Source: an uncultured Thermodesulfobacteriota bacterium
GTDB taxonomy: Bacteria; Desulfobacterota; Desulfarculia; G963662305
Length of the DNA stretch: 64,000 bases
Direction of reading: 5' to 3'
Assembly: GCA_964634465.1 (NCBI GenBank)
Contig: CAZWLY010000001.1
Location: forward strand, 195,967 to 259,966
The notes below the pieces were generated by a model. The model searched no databases. It saw only the letters and a program-made list of their open reading frames with translations, and was not told where the DNA came from. The stretch's first letter is position 1, and each line of letters starts with the position of its first letter. A program made the translations under genes and the position numbers. Of the stretch, positions 44,376 through 53,678 are shown in pieces.

Positions 44376-45485
44376 CTACCTGATCTTGATCGTCGCCAGC
44401 GCCACCAGGGCCAGAATCCCGGCGATGATCCAGATCCGGATGACGACCTTGGTCTCGGCCAGGCCGCGGTATTGGAGGTCGTGGTGGATGGGGGCCCGAT
44501 AGAAGATGCGCCGGCCCAGCCAGCGAACGCCGATCTTCTCCTGGACCTGGCTGGTGAAGCCTTCGACCAGGAAGACGCCGCCCAGGATGGGGAAAAGGAG
44601 CTCCTGCTTAAGCAGCACCGAGAGCACGGCGATGGTGCCGCCGATGCTCAGGGAACCGGTATCGCCCATGAATATCTGGGCCGGGTAGGCGTTGTACCAC
44701 AGGAAGCCCAATCCGGCGCCGACAAAGGCCGAGGCGAAAATGGTCAGCTCGCCGGCGCCGGGCAGATAGGGATACTGGAGGTAGCCGGCCTGGATCTTGT
44801 TGCCCAGGATGTAGGCGAAAATCCCCAGCACGCCGACCACGAAGTTGGAGGGCATGATGGCCAGTCCGTCCAGGCCGTCGGTGATGTTGACCGAGTTGGA
44901 GACGAACAGGACAAAGAAAATGATGAACAGGAAGTAGATCAGCCAGCCCAGGTCGGCCAGGGGCTTCTTGTAGAAGGGGATGTATAGAAGCGAGGCCAGG
45001 CCGTCGGGTAACGGGCTCAAGGGCGAGAGGAACAACCAGGCGAACAGGACGGCGAAGAGCCCCTGGAGGATGAACTTCTTGGACTCGCTCAGGCCCTTGT
45101 CGCCCGAGCGGCGGCGAAGCTTGGCCAGATCGTCGATGAGGCCGATCAGGCCGAACCAGACCATGGCGATGAGCGTAATCAGAATGTAGCCCGAGGTCAA
45201 CCGGCCCCACAGGAGCACCGAGAGGAGCACCGCGCCGATGATCAGCGCCCCGCCCATGGTCGGCGTGCCCCGCTTGTCCTCGGCGGTGCCCAGACCGGTG
45301 TCCCGGATTTGATCGACCAGGTGGCGGCGGTGGAGATAGGTCAGAAACGGCCGGGCGACGATGAACATGAAGAACATCGCCGTCAGGGCGGCCATGATGG
45401 CCCGAAACGACAGGAACGAGGTCAGCCGGAGAAAGGAGAGGCCGGGCAGGAGTTGGCGAAGCCACTCGCTGACGAAGAATATCAT
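44376..45485 (-). CDS. mraY: Phospho-N-acetylmuramoyl-pentapeptide transferase
   Basis: Trimmed from 44376..46139 to ATG 45485, whose ATGA overlaps the upstream stop. Polytopic membrane protein with KRGTPTMGG, IDDLAKL, NSVNITDGLDGLA, MGDTGSL and APIHHD. Confidence 0.9.
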   Translation of the reverse strand: MIFFVSEWLRQLLPGLSFLRLTSFLSFRAIMAALTAMFFMFIVARPFLTYLHRRHLVDQIRDTGLGTAEDKRGTPTMGGALIIGAVLLSVLLWGRLTSGYILITLIAMVWFGLIGLIDDLAKLRRRSGDKGLSESKKFILQGLFAVLFAWLFLSPLSPLPDGLASLLYIPFYKKPLADLGWLIYFLFIIFFVLFVSNSVNITDGLDGLAIMPSNFVVGVLGIFAYILGNKIQAGYLQYPYLPGAGELTIFASAFVGAGLGFLWYNAYPAQIFMGDTGSLSIGGTIAVLSVLLKQELLFPILGGVFLVEGFTSQVQEKIGVRWLGRRIFYRAPIHHDLQYRGLAETKVVIRIWIIAGILALVALATIKIR

Positions 45486-47548
45486 CCTTTTTCCCCTTCG
45501 CTGGCGTCCGATTCGGCCCGGCCGATGGCGGTCAGTAGGTCGTGGTAGGCCGCCTTGAGGGCGAACCTGGGGGTGAAGTCGGTGGCCGTGGTCACGAAGC
45601 CGGTCACCTCTTCCTTCAACAGTTCGGCGTCCGGGGCGACGCCCCGCCGGCACAACTCGGCCAAGGAGACCAGGGCGGCCCGCCTGAGTTGCCAGTAGCG
45701 GCTGAGTCTCAGGCCAGTCAAGGCCTCCACCGCCCGCCTGTCGACGCCGACCCGTCCCAGGGCCAGGGCCGCGGCGCCGGCCGCCTCGAAGCTCTTGTCT
45801 TCGAGGGCCGAGATCAGCCGGGCCTGGAAGCCGGTCCGGTCGCTCAACCGGTCGGCGAAGTGCCCCAGCGCCTTGGCGGCGTGGGAGCGGACCTCGTAGT
45901 AGGGATCGGTCAGGGCGTGCTCGAGGGCCTGCTCCAACTCGGGGGTGAAGACGTCGAGCTGGATCAGGCTTGTCAGGCAGTTGCGCCGGATGAAGCCCAC
46001 CTGGACGAAGTCGCCGCCGAAGAGCCGTTGCAACCGGCCGACCGGCGTTCGGTCGGTCAAGAGATTGATGAGATGATCCACCTTGGAGGCGTCGCCCAAA
46101 AGGCCGATCAACTTGACGCCGACGTTTCTCAGTTGCCAACTCGGCTCGACCAGGAGCTGGGCCGAGCGGCGGCGGTAATACTCCAGTTCGGCCGGATCGG
46201 GAATGACCGCGGCCGGGTCGTAGGCGGCCGGGTCTTTCTGGCAGGCTCGGGTCAACAGGGCCAGCAGGCCGAAGTGGGTCGGCGGCGGCGGCGGGATCGG
46301 CCCCTCGGGCCGGGGCGGCTCTTCGGCTTCCGGGTCCAGGACCAGCCGGGCGATGGCTTCGGCCGCCCGTCCGGCCATGAATCGACCGGCCTTCTTAGCC
46401 AGTGATTCGAGTCGATCCTCGTCCGAGAGCAGGTCGAGGATTCGCTGGGCCAGGACCGAGCCGTCCAGGCCTGGCGTCAGCCTGCCGTCGCGGATGAGCA
46501 CGTCCTCGTAGAGCACCTCGGCCCCGCCCAGGGCGGCCAGGGCCCGGGCGTTTTGGACCTGATGGTCGCCGGGCAGGTTGGGTTTGGGGATCAACAGCGC
46601 CGCCTTGTTCAAGGCCGAGATCTCGTGAATCGCCCCGGCCCCGGCCCTGCAGACGACCAGGTCGGCGGCCGAGTAGGCGGCGGCCATGTCGTGGAGATAG
46701 ATTTCGGGTCGGTAGAGCCCCTTGAATCGCTCGGCCCAGTCGGGGCCGTAGAGTTGGGTCAGGTAACTCTTGGTCTCCTCCTCCGGATGGTGAGTCCGGC
46801 TGCCCAGGCCCAGGCCGTGGAGGACGAAGACCGGCCGGTCGCACTCCTCCAGGAATTTCAACGCCTCGACCACCGCCCGGTTGATCGTCCGCGCCCCCTG
46901 GGAGCCGCCGAAGACGAGGACCAGCCGCGTCCCGGGCGGCAGGTCGAGGCCCAACCTCCTTCGGGCCTGGGCCTTGTCCTCCACGGCCAGCGTATCCCGG
47001 ACCGGATAGCCGACCACCTTGGCCTTGAGCCCGTTCGCCTTGGGACCGCTGAGAGGGAAGGTCAGGAAGACGTGATCGGCCCGGCTGGCCATCAATTGGT
47101 TGAGCTTGCCCAAGACGGCGTTGGCCTCGTGGATGACCACCTCGGTTCGGGTCAGCCCCAGTCGGCCCAGAAGCGCCTGGGCCATGACCGTGGGCGCGGC
47201 GGCGTAACCGCCGGTGGCCAGGACGTAATCGGGCTTGTAGCGCCACAGGGTGAAGGCGGCCTTGATCAAGCCCCAGCCCAGGACGGCGGCGAACCTGGCG
47301 AAGCCCAGGGGGCGGCGGGGCGAGGTGTAGGGGGCGGCGGGGATGAAGGTCAGCGGCAACCCGGCCTGGGGCACGATGAGAGCCTCGGCCCGGTCTTTGA
47401 CGCCGAAGTAGCGCACCTCGGCCCGGCCCAGGCGGGCGACAAAGGCCCGGCCCATGGCCAGGGCCGGGTTGACGTGACCCGAGGTGCCGCCGCCGGTGAG
47501 CACCAGGCGGGGATTTCGGCCGCTGTCTTTTGCCTGAATCCGGGTCAT
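45482..47548 (-). CDS. murG: MurG-type glycosyltransferase fused to a ~300-aa C-terminal HEAT-repeat domain
   Basis: Trimmed to ATG 47548. MurG motifs: LTGGGTSGHVNPALAM, FGGSQGARTIN, CRAGAGAIHE, GDHQVQNA. After a PPPPP linker come HEAT/PBS-lyase-like repeats (EVRSHAAKALG, LRRAALVSLAE). Confidence 0.85.
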   Translation of the reverse strand: MTRIQAKDSGRNPRLVLTGGGTSGHVNPALAMGRAFVARLGRAEVRYFGVKDRAEALIVPQAGLPLTFIPAAPYTSPRRPLGFARFAAVLGWGLIKAAFTLWRYKPDYVLATGGYAAAPTVMAQALLGRLGLTRTEVVIHEANAVLGKLNQLMASRADHVFLTFPLSGPKANGLKAKVVGYPVRDTLAVEDKAQARRRLGLDLPPGTRLVLVFGGSQGARTINRAVVEALKFLEECDRPVFVLHGLGLGSRTHHPEEETKSYLTQLYGPDWAERFKGLYRPEIYLHDMAAAYSAADLVVCRAGAGAIHEISALNKAALLIPKPNLPGDHQVQNARALAALGGAEVLYEDVLIRDGRLTPGLDGSVLAQRILDLLSDEDRLESLAKKAGRFMAGRAAEAIARLVLDPEAEEPPRPEGPIPPPPPTHFGLLALLTRACQKDPAAYDPAAVIPDPAELEYYRRRSAQLLVEPSWQLRNVGVKLIGLLGDASKVDHLINLLTDRTPVGRLQRLFGGDFVQVGFIRRNCLTSLIQLDVFTPELEQALEHALTDPYYEVRSHAAKALGHFADRLSDRTGFQARLISALEDKSFEAAGAAALALGRVGVDRRAVEALTGLRLSRYWQLRRAALVSLAELCRRGVAPDAELLKEEVTGFVTTATDFTPRFALKAAYHDLLTAIGRAESDASEGEKG

Positions 47549-47798
47549 TGAAAAATCGATTTCTCCGTGTTGGGGCCATATTTTATGCCCATCGACTCCC
47601 GATAGCAAGGTTATAGCCGATCCACCGTCCGGCCGGCGCGGCGCGCCCGAATCGAACTCTACGGTCTGAGCCGCCGGCCGGCCAACAGAGCGCCGTTGGG
47701 GTATACTTGGCCAAGGGAGGCGAGACAATGTCTTGACAGGCGGAGTAATCGGTAACATCATTGGGCGCGATCGAGTTTGTTCAAGAGGTGCACCTTAA

Positions 47799-48173
47799 AT
47801 GGAACGCGTCGTGGTTTGCCCCTACTGCAAGCGACCTTCGCCCGAGCCGGTCGCGCCCGGGTTGACCTACTCATGCGGCTGCGGGGCGATCTTTGCCGCC
47901 CTGAGCCAAGATGAACTGGGCTCGGGCCTGTTCGAGATGGTCAGCAACCTTTTCACCGACGCCGACAGCCCGCTTGAGGAGTTGCTCGAAGAGTGTCAGG
48001 TGACCGTCTATCCCTACCGGCCGGAGTTCAAGGCCGATCAGGCTTCCGGCCTGGCCGAATTCATCAGGGAGGTCCGGTTCGATTCCAGCCGGGAACCGGA
48101 GCTGAATCTGGTCTGGGTTCTGCCGGGCGAGCCGTCCGACCCGGTGGCCGATTTTGAGCCGAGCCCGAACTAA
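47799..48173 (+). CDS. Hypothetical protein with an N-terminal zinc-ribbon-like motif
   Basis: 124-aa ORF with CPYC...CGCG near the N-terminus. Overlaps the next gene by 20 nt. Confidence 0.5.
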   Translation: MERVVVCPYCKRPSPEPVAPGLTYSCGCGAIFAALSQDELGSGLFEMVSNLFTDADSPLEELLEECQVTVYPYRPEFKADQASGLAEFIREVRFDSSREPELNLVWVLPGEPSDPVADFEPSPN

Positions 48174-48915
48174 CCAGGCCAGGCAAAGACTCTTAAAACT
48201 GCTGGAGTACATGCTCTCCCGGCGGCCGGACGAATTCGGCCTGGTTCCTCAGGACGGCTCCTATCGCCTCAAAGACGTCTTGAAGGCCCTTCAGGAAGAG
48301 GGCTCGCCGGTCGGGGAGGGCCGACTGGCCGAGCTGAACGTCCTGGCCGCGGCCGACGGCGAGCCCGCCCCGCTGGCGATCGAAGGCGGCCGGATTTCAT
48401 GGCGCAAGCAAGTCCCGCCGGAGCCGAGTTACGTCGATGAGCCGCCGGCGCTGCTCTACGGCTTTTGCCGCCGCCGGGCCCACGCCCACGTGACCGAGCG
48501 GGGGCTTGGCCCCTCCAGCGGCGAGTGGGTGGTGCTGGCTGAAGAGAAGGCCATGGCCGAGCGGCTGGGCCGGCGCATCGACCGGGAGCCGATCATCATC
48601 GTCGTCCAGGCCAGGCGGGCGGCCGAGACGGGTCAGGTCTTCCACCGCCTCGGCCAGGCCGTCTATCTGACCGACGAGATTGCACCCCATCTTTTGACCC
48701 TGCCGCCGCCGCCCAAAGATAAGCCGGACCGGGAAAAACCGGCCCGGACCGAGCCGAGGCCCAGGATGCCCGCTCCCGACGCCATGCCCGGCAGCTTCAG
48801 GCTGGGGGTCGAAACCGATGACCGGAAGCAGGAGCGCCGCCGGCGGGAGCGCTCCAAGAAAGCCCGCCTCAAGGAGCGTCGCCGCCGCAGACGGGGGAAA
48901 GAGGACCGGTTTTGA
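48154..48915 (+). CDS. Tpt1/KptA (RNA 2'-phosphotransferase)-like protein with a highly basic C-terminal tail
   Basis: 253-aa ORF. It is colinear with my recollection of E. coli KptA: [34 protein letters not shown] ~ [35 protein letters not shown] ~ PPQFLYHGTSRR; and [18 protein letters not shown]...[10 protein letters not shown]..GQVFH ~ HYVHLSADEATARKVG...VILTV. The tail reads [29 protein letters not shown]. Confidence 0.45.
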   Translation: [253 protein letters not shown]

Positions 48916-49850
48916 TCGCCCTCGCCGCCGGCATAGTCCTCGATCTCATCATCGGCGACCCCCAGACCTGGCCCCACCCGGTCCGCTGGATGGGCCGGGC
49001 GATCGACTCCGGCCGCCGCCTGATCCAAAGGGCCGATCTCTCCGAAGCCAATCAGCGCCGGGCCGGTCTTGTCCTGAGCCTGATCCTCATCTTCGGCGTC
49101 TGGGGCGCGGCCCGGTTCATCCTGGCCGCGGCCTCGGCCGCGGCCGGGCCGCTGGCCTGGTTCATCGGGGCGGTGATGGTCTGGTGGAGCCTGTCGTTCA
49201 AGGACCTCTTCGATCACGTCCGGCCCGTGGTCGAGGCGCTGGCCTCGGACGATCTGGCTGAAGCCAGACGGCGCTTGAGCCTGATCGTCGGCCGGGAGAC
49301 GGCCCATCTGGACCGGACCGGGGTGGTTCGGGCCGGTTTGGAGACGCTGGCCGAGAGCCTGGCCGACGGACTTGTCGCCCCGCTGTTCTTCATCGTCCTC
49401 GGCGGTCCGGCGATGGGGTTGGCCTACAAGGCGGTCAACACCCTGGACTCCATGCTCGGTTACCGGCACCCGCCCTTCACCCATCTCGGCCGCTGGCCGG
49501 CCAAGATAGACGACGGGGCCAACTGGATTCCGGCCCGACTGGCTTTCGGCGTCATCCTTGCCGGCGCGGCTCTCAAGGGTCTCGACGTTGGCCGGGCCTG
49601 GCGGGCGGGCTTGAGCGAGGCCGGAAAATCCTCCAGCCCCAACGCCGGCTGGCCCGAGGCGGCGCTGGCCGGGACGCTGGACGTGTCCCTCTTGGGCCCG
49701 GCCGTCTACGCCGGCCGGAACGTGGCCAAACCCTTCATCCACGAACAGGGCCGCCCCCCGGACTTGGACGACCTCCAGCGAGGCGTCGGGTTGATTCACG
49801 CCTCGGGTCTTTTGGCCTGCGGCCTGGCGGTGGCGGCGAGCTTGATTTGA
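48912..49850 (+). CDS. cbiB: Adenosylcobinamide-phosphate synthase
   Basis: 312-aa membrane ORF (DLIIGDPQTWPHPVRWMG, VGRETAHLD, ESLADGLVAPLFF, YKAVNTLDSMLGY, PNAGWPEAALAG). A 4-nt overlap with the upstream gene. Confidence 0.9.
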   Translation: MIALAAGIVLDLIIGDPQTWPHPVRWMGRAIDSGRRLIQRADLSEANQRRAGLVLSLILIFGVWGAARFILAAASAAAGPLAWFIGAVMVWWSLSFKDLFDHVRPVVEALASDDLAEARRRLSLIVGRETAHLDRTGVVRAGLETLAESLADGLVAPLFFIVLGGPAMGLAYKAVNTLDSMLGYRHPPFTHLGRWPAKIDDGANWIPARLAFGVILAGAALKGLDVGRAWRAGLSEAGKSSSPNAGWPEAALAGTLDVSLLGPAVYAGRNVAKPFIHEQGRPPDLDDLQRGVGLIHASGLLACGLAVAASLI

Positions 49851-50060
49851 GAGAGTCTGGTCTCGGGAACGATCTCGACTGAACAGGCGGACCGGAGCGT
49901 CGATTCGCCGCCGCGAGCGTTCAGCCTTCGACTTCCTTTTCTCCACCCTTAAGGTTTGCGTTGCCGATAAGCCAAATATTTGCAGCCGGCTTTTGGCTCG
50001 GCCGGGATTTCGGTTATGATTACCAGTAGGCAGCGGACTTCAGGCCGGTTTCGAGTCACC

Positions 50061-50178
50061 CCCCTATGAACAACCCCGCCGCAAGCGAGGGAGTGTCGGC
50101 CGCAGATGCAGAGTCGTTTCTCTTTGGCCCAAGCTGCGGGGAATGAACCCCCGGCGGGCGATGACCCTCCCGCGGGGA
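50061..50178 (-). repeat. Dispersed modular palindromic repeat, copy D (inverted orientation)
   Basis: The reverse complement reads tccccgcgggagggtcatcgcccgccgggggttcattccccgcagcttgggccaaagagaaacgactctgcatctgcggccgacactccctcgcttgcggcggggttgttcat. Intergenic. Confidence 0.8.
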
Positions 50179-50194
50179 CAAACGAGAAGTGAGC

Positions 50195-50368
50195 ATGAGC
50201 GACGAAGACAGGCGAGTGGAACGGGAAGAGGTGGATTCGCTGTGCCCCGAATGCGGGTACGCCTTCAAGACTTTTGTGGACCGCATTCTGCCGGACGAGA
50301 TGGACAGCGATCGCGATCAGACGATCGAGTGCCCCCAGTGCGGCTGCCAGGAGTGCATCGTCAAGTAG
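50195..50368 (+). CDS. Candidate small zinc-ribbon protein (57 aa)
   Basis: Below the ORF-track size cut-off. Translation: MSDEDRRVEREEVDSLCPECGYAFKTFVDRILPDEMDSDRDQTIECPQCGCQECIVK, with two CxxC pairs. Third codon positions are mostly G/C, like real genes here. The Shine-Dalgarno is weak (GAGAAG). Confidence 0.45.
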   Translation: MSDEDRRVEREEVDSLCPECGYAFKTFVDRILPDEMDSDRDQTIECPQCGCQECIVK

Positions 50369-50518
50369 GCCGAAACCAGGCCGGTCGGCGACGGGGACAG
50401 GCTTGGGCCTGTTGACAGCTCATCGAGCCGGGGCGGCCGCGAGGCGGGTCGGGCCGGGCGGCCGGCTCGAGCACTCCTTACGCTCGAAGGGCCGGTCCGC
50501 CCGGTTTAGTATCGTGGA

Positions 50519-51406
50519 TTACTGGATCGTCCGGCCGCTCAAGCGCTCCAGGGCCTCGAGATACTTGGCCCGGGTCATCTCGATGACCTCCTGGGGCAAG
50601 GCGGGCGGCGGCGGGGTCTTGTCCCAGTCGAGGCCGGAGAGCCAGTCTCTCAGGTATTGCTTGTCGAAGCTGGGCGGAGAGGTTCCGACCTGGTAGCTGT
50701 CGGCCGGCCAGAAGCGGGACGAGTCCGGGGTCAGGATCTCGTCGATCTGGATCAGCTCGCCGTTCAAGATTCCGAACTCGAACTTGGTGTCGGCGATGAT
50801 GATGCCCTTGTCCGCGGCAAAGTCCCGGGCCCGGCTGTAGATGGCCAGGGAGACGTCCCGGACCTTCTCGGTCAGCTCCGGGCCGATCAGCTCGGCGGCC
50901 TGGTCGAAGGTGATGTTCTCGTCGTGCCGGCCCAGCTCGGCCTTGGTGGACGGAGTGAAGAGCGGCGCGGCCAGCTTTTCGGACTCCCGGAGGTTTTCCG
51001 GCAGCTCGTAACCGCAGACCTGGCCGGTTTTCAAGTAGTCGGCCCAGCCCGAACCGGTGATGTAACCCCGGACGATGCACTCGACGGGCAGCGGCTCGGC
51101 CTTGTTGACGATCATGATCCGGCCTTCGAGCAGCTCGGCGTACTCTTCCAGGACGTCCGGCAGGTCTTCGACCGACGTCGAGACGAGGTGGTTGGGGATG
51201 ATGTCGGCCATCATCTCGAACCAGAAGGCCGAGATGGCGGTCAATATCTTGCCCTTGTCCGGGATGGGCTCGTTCATGATCACGTCGTAGGCCGAGATGC
51301 GGTCGGTGGTGACGATGAGCATGTGCTCGCCCAGGTCGTAGATGTCGCGGACCTTGCCCCGGCCGATGAGGGGAACGCCTTTCAAGTCGGTCTCTTTGAC
51401 TACCAT
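50519..51406 (-). CDS. purC: Phosphoribosylaminoimidazole-succinocarboxamide synthase
   Basis: 295-aa ORF ([40 protein letters not shown]). Confidence 0.95.
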   Translation of the reverse strand: MVVKETDLKGVPLIGRGKVRDIYDLGEHMLIVTTDRISAYDVIMNEPIPDKGKILTAISAFWFEMMADIIPNHLVSTSVEDLPDVLEEYAELLEGRIMIVNKAEPLPVECIVRGYITGSGWADYLKTGQVCGYELPENLRESEKLAAPLFTPSTKAELGRHDENITFDQAAELIGPELTEKVRDVSLAIYSRARDFAADKGIIIADTKFEFGILNGELIQIDEILTPDSSRFWPADSYQVGTSPPSFDKQYLRDWLSGLDWDKTPPPPALPQEVIEMTRAKYLEALERLSGRTIQ

Positions 51407-51642
51407 GCTGGTCTCTCCAATGTTGGGATCGGCCCCTAAGGTACTAACGGGAAGGACGGGGTGTCAAGGGCGGGATGGAGGCCGGCGGGGGACGGTCGAA
51501 GACGCAGTTCGCCGGGCTTCAATTTTTTCGGGCTTTCTCCGTCCCGACCGGGGATGACCGAGCGCCGGGAGCGCGCCGCCGGCCGGCGGTTCATCGACCG
51601 CTCGAAAGCTCGCCTCACTCCGGCGGTCGCCCCCCAAAAGGG

Positions 51643-51671
51643 TTGACTGCCTTCCGTCCATATCTTAGATT
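51643..51671 (+). promoter_or_regulatory. Putative sigma70 promoter of mdh (TTGACT-17 nt-TAGATT)
   Basis: TTGACT at 51643-51648 and TAGATT at 51666-51671. Implies a ~155-nt GC-rich leader before GAGGAG and ATG 51833. Confidence 0.35.
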
Positions 51672-51688
51672 AGCCGGGTCCTGAGTGA

Positions 51689-52768
<1,080 letters not shown>

Positions 52769-52802
52769 GCTCTCGTCCCGGAAACAGACCCCAAGAACCC
52801 TT

Positions 52803-52838
52803 CCCGGCCTTTGGCGTTCGCCAAAGGCCGGGCTTTTT
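52803..52838 (+). terminator. Rho-independent terminator after mdh
   Basis: cccggcctttgg-cgttcg-ccaaaggccggg, a 12-bp stem followed by CTTTTTG. Confidence 0.7.
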
Positions 52839-53000
52839 GAAAGGCGCGGCGGCGAGCCGGACCCGATCGTCGCCTCCCCCGCCAAGGGCCTGTCTCCGAT
52901 CCATAAATTACTTTATAAAACTAACCCAACCACCCCCAAAACAGCATATTTATCGCGGCTGATTAAACTGCAGGTTTGGGGCGGGCTGGGGGCGACGGGC

Positions 53001-53678
53001 TCAATGGTCGAGAACCAGAACATGGACCGCCTTGGGGCCGTGGACGCCCAGGGTGAGGGTCAGTTCGATGTCGCCGGTTCGGCTGGGCCCGGTAATCAGG
53101 TGGACGGCGCTGGGCAGCCGGCCGTCTCGGGCGAGGAGGGCCTCGAGTCTCACGACCAGGCCGTCCAGCGAGGCGGTCAAGTGGGCGGGGGTGGCCACGG
53201 CCAGGTGAACCGGCGGGCTGAGCGAGACCGAGCGCATGGTTTCGGGGCCGGCGCTGACCATCAGCGTACCCGACTCGACGATTACCAGTTGGCAGGAGGT
53301 GATCCCCAGATCGCACCCGGCCACGTCTCGGACGGCCCCGGGCTCCGTTCCATCGGGCCGGACGGCTTCGACCCCCTCGGCGGCCAGCAACTCGTCCAGC
53401 TCCAGCGAGGCCAGGAGAGGATCGGCCCACAGGGCGACCCTCTTTACCTGGTGTTCCCGGATTACGCTCCGGACGGCCGCCTGGGCCTCGTCTTTTGATT
53501 CGGCCACATGGAGCCGGGCCGAGATCGCCTCCAGCTCGGCTTCCAGCGCCGCCAAGGGCCCGGCCGCGGCTTCGGGTGGGGCGGGGCGCTTTGGCGCGGG
53601 CCGGGGCGCCGCCGGCGGGTGATCGGCCAAGGCCCGTCTGAGAGCGGTCAGGATTTCGCGCCGGGAATCGTTACTCAT
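53001..53678 (-). CDS. lutC: Lactate utilisation protein C (LutC/YkgG family)
   Basis: Trimmed to ATG 53678, whose ATGA overlaps the lutB stop. LUD-domain pattern: GITSCQLVIVESGTLMV...PPVHLAV...ITGPSRTGDIELTLTLGVHGP. Confidence 0.8.
   Translation of the reverse strand: MSNDSRREILTALRRALADHPPAAPRPAPKRPAPPEAAAGPLAALEAELEAISARLHVAESKDEAQAAVRSVIREHQVKRVALWADPLLASLELDELLAAEGVEAVRPDGTEPGAVRDVAGCDLGITSCQLVIVESGTLMVSAGPETMRSVSLSPPVHLAVATPAHLTASLDGLVVRLEALLARDGRLPSAVHLITGPSRTGDIELTLTLGVHGPKAVHVLVLDH

Noticed and set aside
49949-49970. Sigma28 (FliA)-like promoter: TAAGGTTT followed by an exact GCCGATAA
   Set aside because: The two boxes are separated by only 5 nt instead of ~11, so the geometry is wrong. 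The nearest downstream ORF is >200 nt away, beyond a repeat copy.
51407-51640. Looked for a purine/ZTP riboswitch upstream of purC and a preQ1 riboswitch upstream of the queD operon (19581-19680)
   Set aside because: I could not find the conserved cores (for example a ZTP CCGCCUGGGC-type 3' strand, or the preQ1 loop with its A-rich tail). Only a possible TTGACA -35 box and a GGAGAG Shine-Dalgarno for purC are present.
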